A DNA stretch of 51,935 bases. It comes from Catajapyx aquilonaris. Taxonomy: Eukaryota. Position 1 is the stretch's first letter; each line of letters opens with the position of its first letter. The notes beneath the pieces are model-generated. The model was not told the origin of the DNA, made no database searches, and saw only the letters and a list, made by a program, of their open reading frames with translations. The position numbers were made by a program, and so were the translations under genes. Where the stretch lies: positions 1-51,935 of the forward strand of contig JYFJ02002727.1 in the NCBI GenBank assembly GCA_000934665.2. Reading direction: 5' to 3'. Of the stretch, positions 9,000 through 21,600 are shown piece by piece.

Positions 9000-10900
9000 G
9001 CAGCCTGCATTCAATTAGAAATATTCTGGAATTTGATAAGGTGGCCAGGTCAGGGTGAGATATTTATGTCTGTTGACCAAGCTTGATAAATCTGGCAATA
9101 ATTTCCCTCAAGGCTAAATTCATAAATATAGGGAGTATAGTTCATCTAAATGTGATCAATAAGAGCTGTACTGATCTTTGACCCCTGCTTAAGCCTTCTA
9201 TACCCCTAGGAGTGATTCCTTGCTTGAAACAGCTGAGATACAGTATTAGAGAAAAATCAGGATAAACCTATGACTAAAAGTGAATATTAGACGCCACTAT
9301 TAGGTGCCATTTTTTGTGTAAATGTATTCCAGTGTAGCATGTCAGCTGTCGTCATTTGTAACTGCCAAGCACTGCTGCATCAAACGCCAACTGTCTCGCA
9401 TTCATGTTGCGACCAAGAAATTTTCCAGAGATACGAGCACTAACTATAGATCCATTCAGAAGCCTCGCTAATGACACGACCCTGGTGTTTTTCTTGGCTC
9501 CCATCCCTCCCAGTCTCGCAAAAAAAAAATGATTTAGCACGAAAATTAGCAACCAGGAAGAATCTGAGAAATTGGAACGAATTATTCCAGGTCCTGACCT
9601 TTTGTGAAAGACAATCGTAGTGATTGATTCAGTCTTGACGTCTCGTTTTTTCACTCATTCCGAAGGCTGACACTTATCAGTGTGGGGTTACGCCTTGCCT
9701 CAAGCCATTAATATTTGCAATCGTATGCAGCTGTGTTGAGCAGGCTCTACTTCCTGGTGGGGAAGAGAGGTCAGGGGTCATTCGGTTGCGATATCATCTG
9801 ACACGAACCTAAGGTATGTGATGAGTGAGGTGTCTTCTTTGCATGTTTCCTACAAACAAATCAATTCATCTAAAACTAAGTTGCTCTGCTGTGCATGTGA
9901 ATCACCGAACTTTTTAAACATCTTTATGGCAAATTTTGTCAATTATATTGCGGAAGTCAAGTGGCTTAGAGAAATGCGGAAAATTAGCCTTTAATGCCAA
10001 AGGGTCCATTTTTCACTCTAGTCATTTTATAAGTTCATTTTGGCAAATCTGGCAGTAGTCCCAACTCACACATGGCAGGCAAAACCATTACGCATAATCC
10101 TGTCTGAAAATGAATCACGTTTGCCGTCAGAAAATTAGTTATTTCAACCTGGCAGGAAAGGTACTTACAGTCTGAGACATTGGGTGGCTAATTATGCGTT
10201 CACCGTATATACTTACAAGATCAAAAAGGTTTTCAGATCATTAAAACATGGGCACCAGCAGGTAATAATTAAGGCGATTATTAGTTTGCAGTTGCTAAAA
10301 ATGTGAATAAATGATGTTGAGTCATTCATATAAACTTGTGTGCAATATTTTAGTGTCGTACTGGAATCTTGATATTAAGAACCAAAAGTAGGATCTGGTT
10401 ATTTCAGCTCTTTCTATATTCGAGTGCCGCGGAAATGTGTTGATCAGGTGCAGGAATATAGATCTCTTTGGAAGGCTTCATAAATTTGGCTGCAAGCGCT
10501 TGGTAGAAGGGAGGGTTTGAGAAAAACCAAGGGATCTTTTCCCTCGGGAAATAGCCGAGACGTTATACTTGTCAAAACATTAATATTTCCCAGCCGGAAG
10601 AGAAACAGACGCAGACGTCTGGGCCTGGGGGTGCGAAATGGTCAATAGAGGGAAAATATACAGCCAGCAAATGCATGCCACAAAAATCGTCTTGATGATG
10701 GTTCGCAAGCTTCCAAAGAGAAAAATACGACCGGAATATAACTCAGTTGCAGACCTACCACGGTGCTTTCTGATGTTCTCACCAGGCATATTCAAATGAA
10801 ACGTGCCTGGAAAGTTCAACATAGTCTGTGGTAGCAGCTGAATTTTTGTGGACTAATTGCCATATTAAGGTGTAAAAAGTAGCTGAACTTATGTCACACT
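9000..10900 (-). mobile_element. Heavily decayed non-LTR retrotransposon, CRE-clade-like
   Basis: Ordered remnants on minus strand: APPGPD (~10620), ALAAK (~10490), ELGL (~10060), LTSLPHQE (~9760), IIRSNFSDSSWL (~9565), RLGGMG (~9505), AVSSKES (~9220), LALR (~9110); many stops, no intact YxDD; boundaries approximate. Confidence 0.45.
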
Positions 10901-13900
10901 CTTTTCAGTAAGCATTTGCACAAAATACGAATTAAAAATAACAATTACAGCAACTTAGCATATATTCTCACCTGATCTTTATTCACTGTTGAAGTTATGC
11001 AAGCCATTATTATCATAATGACATGCATTGATGCAGAGTCTGTGGCCTACTCCATATGACAAGGTTGATTTGCGACGGATGTGAATATGATCCGGGTGTA
11101 TTTACAATTCAGTACTTTTATACACACAATAAGTGTACAGCCTGTTTTACACATGTGCTCGGGACAAAACACTGGGCTATCTCAGCAGGCGGCCACCAAG
11201 GAGAAAAATGCCTCGCTATGAAGTTGTCATAAAATATTCCCCCATAGGTGACCTTAGGTCAGGACACTAAATCCAGCGTCTTCCTTTTTGGTGTCATCCC
11301 GAGGGATCGTACCTCGTTGTAATTCTGAAACTTGCATAGGCGACGTTCCAGTATATCACTGGCCCCCTTGATGCACGCCTAAGAAAGCCGTGGGTATATG
11401 AAATATGGCTTGGATCCCACCCATCTCCAGGAGTGAACAACAACAGAGTTTGCCCTTTGCGATATTGGGTTGGAAAAAAAAAAACTCTTTCAAAGATTTA
11501 CGGATGTGTTCTCTCATGCTGGATACGGGCAAAGTTATTCAACACCTGAGAAGCTCTAATGCAATTTGCTTGCTTGCTTTGACGGTTTTATCCGAGCACC
11601 AAATACGGCAAGGAGCACAGCAAGCATTGTTTTTACATTGATAAACTAACAAGACTCGCCACTATAGAGTAAATATATACTTTTGCATAAAAAGCGGGTG
11701 TTATCTTTAGAGTTAACTTTTGCAATATTTATTCATGTATTATAATATTTTTTGAATTAAGCTTATTTTACACCTCTTATGGATAATTAAGACGTTTGAT
11801 TGATAACAGCCGACAACCAACAAGTATAGCCTATAATTATTAGAATGCACAAAGTTAATTTACTGATAGTGGGCACCTTCCTTGGTGAACAAAGTTAAGA
11901 AACGTCAAATTTTATTCGCGAGATATTGGGTAACAAATTCGGATATGAATTCCTTCGTGTAACACAACTTTTCCTATTTTATTCTGAATACTAACTTGTG
12001 GGCATCATGTCTCTATAACAATCAGAAGATTTTGTGCGTGTAAAATCAGGACGGTGGGCATGTGGCTAAAAGACATTTCGTAATTATTTTTGATTAATTA
12101 TGTTCATAATAATACTTCCTTATATTGGGAGCTTTACGCTATTATTAATGCAAGTCTTGATAATGTTGCAAAAGTGATCATAATATGCAGAAGATGTGAT
12201 TGATTGACTTGCACTGTGCCTTACCTCAGGTTAGGTTGACTGCATACGGTGCATGACTCATTCCCAGATCTTTCTCTTAAGCATAAAGCCCAGTTTAGTA
12301 CATGACAACCGCAATTGCATCGCAAAAGGTCTCTGAGCTATTCAAGGAATGAACGGAATCTCCGCTAAAAACACCCACTTCATGCTGTTTAGTCTATAAA
12401 CGTATTTCGCCAACAAAAGCAGATTACGCACATGCAGCAGTGTCTAAAATAGACTTCTTCCCTTCTGTGACTAAAGACACGATACAGTTAAACCCTCACG
12501 TTGGGCACCTATACGATATAACGACTCACTGCATCGCTGCACAGCACTTTGTATCATACATTAACCTGCTATATAGATGATAACAACAACCACATGGCCT
12601 TTTCTTTATCTGCATCCTCCAAGCACTTTTCGAGGCTTATTTTATTAACTGTGGTTGGTCATATAATAAAATTGGTTATAGCTACAACATACAAGTCACG
12701 TAGCCACGGCTAGGCCATAATTGTACTCTCAGAGATGTAGTGTAAGGGCGTCAGTATCTTTCAATAACTGTAAAGGCATGTAGGTAATAAACACTCTTTT
12801 ACGGTTTTAAAAATACGCATGCCTTCTAGGGAACTACGAGTATGTAATTTTCATTGCGTCGCAAGTACTTCAAAATATATTATGATAATTAGCAAGTTAT
12901 CACAGTAGCCTGCTTTGCAAGTGAGTTGCTTACAACTCTGATGCAGTCACCACATTTGCAATTCGTCACTCTAATACAAGTTTCAGTTCTTTACAAGGTG
13001 GTTAGTAACTCCCACATTTTCTCCTTGTACCATTCTGCAGTCTGCCCCCCCCCCCCCCCCCTCCNCCCCAAAAAAAAGGCTTGCACATTGCATATTGCGA
13101 TAAGGCCGTGTTTTCCATCGATTTGTCTGGCCCACTAACTACCTTATCGCGCAATGTGTATAGGTGGACCCCTTTGTCATGTACTGTATCAATATTTTAA
13201 AACCCCTCCATATTATTTATGAGTATGTTATATATGTAGGCTTGTCAATGAGTGAAATGATTATTAGTTCTAAAGAATTACAGTAAGCTGTACATTTTGC
13301 TGCGACCTGCAGTTTTAGACAAATCATTTCCTGCAATTGTTTGCGACACGGCATGTTTATCAAAATCAAGGACGAACCGTGGGAAGTGGAGGCGGCAAGT
13401 GACCTGCTTTGCTGGTTTAAAAAAATACCACTGAAATAGAAAAGGTGTGTAATTCTCCTTGGTGTTTCGTAATAACTTCGATAACGTTCTAGAACGAATT
13501 GAGCATCATAATTAACTTCATATTCATGGCAGAGATGCCAAGCGAAGTTACTGAGATTAATCGCCATGTATCTTTGCAATACAGTATATATATTACACGT
13601 GCCTTGTGAGTGTACCGCACTATCTTATGGCATACATAAATGCCGTTTTTATATTGCGCACGTCTTTCACTTCCGCCATTGCAGTTCTTAGAACGAACAG
13701 GTATCTCTTTATAAATAACCACACAAAAAATGTATGTACAAGAGGTAAGCTTATTGAGAGTGAAGGGTGTGGAGAAAGAGAGGAAGTATAGGGAGGGGGA
13801 GGATTAATAATAATAAAAAAGTACTAAGAATGTGCACAGCAGAGGCCGCCTGTTTGCTTGAGGCCAAGTTGAAGGACGAATAAGCACTGATACCAACCTT

Positions 13901-15377
13901 CACGACCAAGAAGTCCGGAATAATTTAATTAAATATTAAGATTGTAGTGGGCATCTTGAACAGCATGTGAACACGTACCTGTTACGTAGCTGGGGTGGGC
14001 ATGTAAATATTACATTAATTAACTGTGCTGTAAAACCCATATTTTGACAGTTACAGCGCCCTGCCATAGAGAAATGTGCACACAGGGAAATTCCCACAAG
14101 GGAAGTCCCAACTTCAGAAATAAATATGTCAATGATAACAAAACACTGAGTCCCGTAGGCGTCGGTGATGCATGACGTCACGAGGTGTACTATTACGTTT
14201 TCAGGTCTATAAAAAACTAGTAGGTGGTGGCAGGAGGGGAGGGGAAGGGGGTCGAATATTTTCAAGGTTTAATTACTGGATTTTCCCCTGCAGGCGCCAT
14301 TTAGACGCCGGTGAGACAAATCGACCAAGGGCATAGGTGGCAGCCTACCTTTTATTGTTTTTCTTCTCCTACTGACCAATCTCAAGTGCTACTTTATGCT
14401 TTTTCTCATTGGTATGTGCCCAGCATTCCATGTTATTTTCTGTCAGAAGGTTCACGCCTACACTAATGAGTATTAGTTATTACCGCACAAGTTCGGGTAG
14501 GAAGTAATTTATTGCGTGCAGGAATTTATTATGCACTAGAAATGTCTTTTTAGGGAGAAACGTTATGGACTGTTTACTCCAGCAACCCTTTGGAATAGTC
14601 AACAATCAAGATCATATTCGCGTATCTGGATTTACTTCTTAAATTGGTGGCTGTCGTGAATCACACATTTTGAAGCCACAGGATCAAAACCCAGTGAGAT
14701 AATGTATTTATAGAAAATGTGAAAATTGTAATAAAAATGAATTAAATGAAAATTATAAGTTATGGAAAAGATACTTTACTGAAGGCCTACCACTTATTAA
14801 AGAATCGGCTTCTGGTGAAACATGTCGACGATCCAATCTCATTTCCTATCGCCACGCACCTCTAACCCCAAGTCACGGATATTGCATGACAACTAGCTTC
14901 CACCCACCGAAAACAGGACTCCACCTGTCAAAACTTTGCACCTCTCCTTATCTCGTCATACCTAATGACTGCCGGTACGGGTTTTCCCGACAAAATAGGT
15001 CTGATGCCAAGTCAAAATATATAAAAAAATAACTCTGCAAAAAATAGAAGTTAAGAGTGGGTATGTACCCTCCGAAGTGTAACCCCCCAGGGGACTTTTT
15101 CTACCACCCGGCCACTCCATCTGGTGGCACATTTGGAACACCATTGCGCATGCGCACCCATGCGAAGACAAGGCAGTTCAAAAATGAAGGCGGCAGAAGG
15201 AGAGACATCACTCCGCGTCTAGTCCTCTTCCAGGAAGCACTCGAATTCCTCTTTGTACACAGGCATGACGTACCGGTACGTCTCGTTACGGGTGTGTTGC
15301 ATTTAGGTTGGCAGCACCTCCTCTCGGCAAAGACAGCCTCAGCATCCCCCCCCTCCTGCTGGCCGCATGGGAGATAA

Positions 15378-15412
15378 TATAAGCAAGTGACGCAAAAACG
15401 GAACTGCCATTT
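15378..15412 (+). promoter_or_regulatory. Candidate GST core promoter (TATA-like + Inr-like)
   Basis: TATAAG at 15378; CCATTT with the A at 15409, 31 nt downstream and 60 nt before the ATG. Confidence 0.45.
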
Positions 15413-15468
15413 GAGCGAAGGACGTCAGCGGCGGCATCAGAGAGAAGAGATCAAACAGGGTTTTGGTC

Positions 15469-15615
15469 ATGGGAACTTTGGAGTTTTACTACATGCCAGG
15501 TTCGCCGCCGTGTAGGGCAGTGCACATGTGCATCAAGGAGTTGGGAATGCAGGTCGACATCATCAAGATTGACATGTACCACAAGGCTGACCATAAGCAG
15601 CCCTGGTTTGTCAAG
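15469..15615 (+). CDS. GST exon 1
   Basis: ATG 15469; GSPPCRAV catalytic-Ser motif; AAG|GTTAGG donor. Confidence 0.93.
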
Positions 15616-18600
15616 GTTAGGGGTCCATTCCGTTTATTTATTCATTTATTTATTCATGATTTATTTATTTATTTATCTATATTTTTTCCTGTACCCCGTT
15701 ATCTGACCGATAGGCCATTTCTAGGGGGGTGGGTTACCACCATTTGTGGTTTGGAGCGATACATATACTTATATCTTAATTGCTCCAAGGGTAATTAGGA
15801 GGGGATGTGCAAAGTGCATGTGCGCTGTCGTTAATTGGTCATTTTGTGAACTCCCCCGGGTGGCTTAGTCTATCGGAAATTGCCACCCGAAACGAAGCCA
15901 GAGATGGCCCAACTCTGCACGAAAGAAGGTGGGAACCCCGGGTGGGGATTGAACCCGGGACCTTAACTTCCGTGAGCGCACGCGTTACCGCGGCGCCACT
16001 CCGTCTCCCTTTATTTATTTATTACAATTTTCGGCCAGTGAAGCGGTTAGTTCTTTGAATTCAATATGTGTAGACACACTTAACTCCTCATAAGCGGAGA
16101 AGTGTGTCTATAGACGCTAAGCATTTTAGTGCCCTATGAGCTATTACTTCTCCCAAAATTTATGAAATGCTGTTAGTCCCTCTGTAATGATAATAACTTG
16201 GTTTGCCTGAAATACTGTAGTAAGCTACAGTATTTTTATATACTGTAAATAAACAGTTTCAAAATAATTCTAGTTCAATATATAAAAGAACCATTAAAGA
16301 GCCCGATCAATGTAGCCTCACTTGTTAATTTCAATATCATCACATCTCATTCTCACATTAATGTGATATTTACAAATCAATCCAGTGCTAGAAACGTATG
16401 CGACTGATTATTTTATTGAGCCATGTGCCACTGAAACAATAATGATGGTTGATTCCGTTAGTCGTTAGAGTTAGACTAATATGAGAGAATGAAAGAAAAC
16501 TTACGATGACCAATAAATATTTAACGCCATTGGGCCAAGGTTAAGAAATGTCAGAAAACTACATTCCAGAGGTGATATTGAAATTTTATTACTTCTTTTT
16601 ATGGCTTGCGTAGGCCTAATTGCTATGAATGATACCCAATAGGTTTACAAGATAGTGGCTATCATTAATTCTCTGCTTTTTTAATTATGATATTTATTAA
16701 AATTGGTACACTTTTCATATCCTCTGAAACTCCGTTATTTATCGTCAAGGTCAAATGACTTCTATCCATCCCGAATTGTAACAGCTTCTTTATTTTCATC
16801 AATGTCTTGAGAAAAGCATAAGAACACATAAAGACATTCAGATCTAATATTGTTAAACATTGTTGCACCCTGACATTCATATCGTGCCTTGGAAATTAAT
16901 AAATACCGGTACCACTAAATAAGGATGAAAAAATGTCCTTCGCATGCTGTTCCCGGCGAAAGTTGAACTCGGAGGAGATACGGAACCGTTGAAATGAAGG
17001 TCATAAAATGTCACTACACGGTTAATTATGTAACTTAATTTTTGTTATCTTCCGGCCATAGCTTTGATCACATCACCAGATATACCGTATTGGTTGCACC
17101 CTATCATTAAAATGAATATAATATTTCTAAATTATATTGCCGGTATACATCAATAATCCGATAAATAGTAACTTTGCGTTGAAATTTAATAGTAACTGGT
17201 TGTGATTATTTTTAATGCTGGTTTAACCAAGTTCAATATTCAGCAAATGCCTTGGCAAATGCAATAACCTGCTAGTAATGGATCAATTAATTTCTGGCAT
17301 AAAATTAATAACTGCAAAAAATTGATCATAAAGACTCTTTGATTTGATAATCGGCTCTCAACAATTCGCACTGCACGAAACCATTGGCATTTAGCACAAG
17401 ACAGTGAGACTTCTCTTGAAAAATTAAATATGTTTTGATCTGTACATTGACTTTGATGTAGTAACTTAACTGACCATAAAAGGGCTACCCTGCATCATAT
17501 TTTTGAATGTAGTACCACCAAACACGAGACCTGGCACTTGTTGCACAAATACGATCGTTGCTCGCACCGTCATAATTATCTTGCTAGCTGAGGCGAAAAA
17601 AAAGTGATGCAGGCTGTAAAGAATGGAAAGACAATGTAATAAATTCAGGTTTTCAATACTCTATCCAAAGTAGTGGTGTGATTAGGGGACCTCCCTATAG
17701 CTATGTCACCATTGTTAGTAACATATGCAGTAGTTTGTAGGCAGTAGTTGCATGCCGTTCGATGATTTCTTTTCTCGACCAACTGGGAGCCGTTTAGAAA
17801 CAGTGGCAACAGTTTCTGATGGGAAGGATATTATTTGCAGTTCAACTTGCAGGGACTGTCCAGCATAAACCAGTCATGCTTCTTCTCATGATGTCTCCCT
17901 GCCATGTCACACTTCCGTCACGCAGAGCCCGCCTCCTTGAGGTGATACAATGTTATTTTATGGCCTGCCTCGAAATGCAATTGTAAACCTGTTCCCACGT
18001 TAAAATATATGGCATGATTTGTGGCAGTAGAGAGGAGAAACTTTCCATCATAGCCCTTGATAATATTTGTAATACAGCACTGCGTTTATTTATGCCAAAA
18101 TACATCATAGCATTGCCACTTTAAAGTACACAAAATTCATGCGCCAGCTTATGTGACCAAACGTCCTCATCGCGCATCGTAGGGGAGAACTTGACCCTTC
18201 ACACGCCCCCAGCCTCTCGACCACACATTTCTTTCTCATTTTTGGTCATGTGTATGGGATGGATGTATGAGGCGGGGGAGGTAGCAATGAGGTAATATGT
18301 CTCGGTATTTAAGACACCCTGAGAGCCACAGGAATGCCTCCCACCAGTCACCAAACCTCCGACTCCCTGACGGCTAAGAACTGCCGATGCCGCTTCCTTC
18401 CTTCCTTGGCCAGATAAAAAATTGAAAAAAAGGCACGAAGGACGTCGAGAAGAGAAGGCGTGGTTGAGGATGGATAGAAGAAGAGACAGGAAGGTTGGGC
18501 AAGTAAGTGTAGGAAAAAGAAGGTGAGAGCCTGCTAGCCTGCCGCCGTTTTGGCGTGAAGGCCTCGTGGCACAAAACAAGTTCCCTGGCGCCAACGAAGG

Positions 18601-21600
18601 GCGCGGCCTGGCCTTGTTTGGGACACTCTGCTGGCGCCAATGATTCTCCGGGACTTAAATCCGATCATACACATCCTTCCGGATCTTGACTAACTGTCCG
18701 GCACCTAATTTATGGACGGGGTCCAGCAAGTTTCTGGGAAGGGAGGAATCCAGTCATTATTTATGAGGATCGTGTCTTGTGTCTTTGCAGATGAATCCTC
18801 AGCATACTGTTCCGACCATTAAGGACGATGGTTTTGTGCTCTGGGAAAGGTGAGTGTCATTAGCTGGTGGATGTTACGAATATGAATGGCACATTATTTG
18901 TTTTATGTGGACATGAGTTGGTCTGTAATTAATTTAGGCAGGATGCATTTAGTGCATTTAAAAAAATGTCGCGTTTTGTCGGACCATATTGTGTAAGAAC
19001 GTTTTACAGAACACTGTGATGCTGGATCCTGAAGAAGCCAGGTGTCTTCCTATGGATCTGTCTTTTTCCGCTTTGCTGCCGAGATTTGAAAGAAGCCGCC
19101 AGTAAAGTGGAAGAGACTGATTCCCTGGGAAGTTATGCAGCGCCAAACAACGAAGAACGAACATTGCCACATGCTCTCCTCTATAAATCTATGGTATCAT
19201 GACCCCCTCTTTCATGTATACGGCAACATTGCTAGACTCTGTAACCTGTAATTCATTGGCAATTATTTTTATTCTGGGGCCCTGTGAGGTGCCGCCTCTA
19301 TTTGTAACATTGAAGTATAACCTTCATTTGGTTAGGATTAGTGTGCTTATTTAGAACTTGCTGATGTCGTAAATAAAACTCGTTATTGGAATGCGAATGA
19401 GGTTTTTGCTCCTGTGGTTACACGTCAATTCATTAGGAAAGAATGATGCATTGGGGGGTGGTTTCCTATGGTAAATATCTCCCCCTCTTCCACACACTCA
19501 CACACTCACACACTCAGAGAATAGAGGACCATGGAGGAGAGAGAAAGAAGACGGGGATAAAAAGTGCCCTCTTGTAGAGGATGTTAAAAAAATGTTATTC
19601 TTTTTTTCTATCTTCACTTCCTTCCTCGTGTTTATCTCGCGTCATTATAAATCTACTTTTAATAATGAGCAGAGGATGAAGGACGTTAGTTGACGTTCGT
19701 TTAGTAGATTAGCTTAATTTATCTAATATTCATACTATTTAACTAGCCAGTGGGAGAGCAAACTTACACACTAGTTGCTGATAGGCCTACATATGGTAAT
19801 TTAAAAATAATAATAATGTTGTCATTGACATAATTTATGTTTGAGACTGATGAATTCTGATGGTATACAGTCATTGTGTGCCTGGTTTATGAAGTGCATG
19901 TAGAATATAAATGTAATTTTTGCTTATATAACTAAAACAATAAGCCAATAATAAATTATATAGGTTTACTTAAGTGTCTCTGTGTCAGGTCTGTCTCTAA
20001 TAAGTGGAATTCTCAGTGATTCATTAATTTCTTTATTTTCTTCAAAAGTGCCCAGCTTTCTGGAAGAGCAAATAAGTCATGCGATATGAAGTCTTGCACA
20101 TAGTCTACGTTTTACAATATCTCACATTTTGATGATCAACCAGGGATGTTACACATGCATGACCTATTCAGGAATAGGAATATTACCAGCGTGCTACATT
20201 CTTGCGTGGAATTCAAACGACCGTGAAGGGATTGGCTAGGCAAGGACCTGACGAGAGATATTAGCCAAACCCTAGGCCGCCCTAGGCACTTCTGAAGTTT
20301 TTCAGGCAGTGTTGCCGTCTTGGTGGATCAGAGTCTAAAATTAATCTATAGAGTTGCATCTGTAGATCTATGGATTATGTTAGTGGGTCTAATTTGAACA
20401 TTTATTGAATTAGGAATTGAAGAGTCCAAAAGCCAAATATCTGCATGACACTGAAATCGATTTTTCAGAAATTTCGCGCACAAAAGAAATCAAAATACAA
20501 CTATACATGCGCATTATGTCATATCGATATTAATTGTAATGAATATTTCAAATCATAGTACTGAAATGTCCAGGAAGCTGTGTAAACTCGTCAGGGAAGA
20601 TCTTACAAGTAGTTCACCTACTACATTATACTACATTAAAAACCTCATTAGACCACCCCGAGAGTTTAAATAAGTTGCAGTCGAAAATTAATAAAAAATT
20701 AAGAGATTATTTGAATCTTGACTTGCGATAGTTTTCTAGAAGCGGCAAAATCTCTCAAGAGCCGTTAATGAAAAAAGCAAGGACTTTTAAAAGAGAAACC
20801 CCTAGGCCCCGGAACTACCAGGGGGAAATTAAATTATTTCAAAAATAGCTATGTTGGGGCAAAAAATGAACTTGGACCCAAAACTTACAAGCAGATGGAG
20901 AGGAACTGACATCTCCGTTCCTGAAAATGAGTACTCCAAACATAATTAGCGAAGCCCATAAGTTATCAATATGTTATTTTGACTATTCAATATAATATTA
21001 CTGTAGAAATAATCTGGCAACTGCGAAGAGGGAGCAATATTGCTATTCACAGGAACGTTTTCGCAATAACTTGCTTTTCTCCCAGGCTGCGTATACTGTA
21101 GGTATGAATTCATACTGAAGGTGACAGTTGCAAAGAAGTATATACTGTACTTCACGAACCACAAAAAATGCATCAAATGTATACAGCAGGAGATGAAGAT
21201 CATGTCCCATTCCCCATTCACTGCCCTTTCACTTTCAGTCCACAAGACATCGCATCAGGGTCGGAACCGGTCGGAACTTAGAAAAAATTGGTGTTTCGGA
21301 AACAAAATAATAATAAACTATAGAAAAAAGTTGACTTTTTCTACGCCGACACATGCTACATATTTTTCTACATATTGTGCTCAGTGCTATCAAATTGTTA
21401 ATGTATTTTAATTTTTTGGCAGAAGTTTTAAAATCTAGGTGTCAAAAACGGTCCTACTTGATTCAATTGCGCCTGTTAGCATTGAATTAATTGTAATATT
21501 ATAAACCAGGATTTTCAAACGTACTCGTGTGAATATTTTAGAGGACAAGTTACTGTAGGAAACAATTTTGACGTATTTTCTAGAAATGTGAAAGCCTGAG

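Noticed and set aside
9640..9830. Tyrosine-recombinase-like 'EVRGHS' or viral L-protein remnant
   Set aside because: Single short word; the opposite-strand CRE-like motif series explains the region better
15807..16058. ORF MQSACALSL... with a 'paralogue' at 31115-31423
   Set aside because: Antisense reading of SINE family B copies, not a gene family
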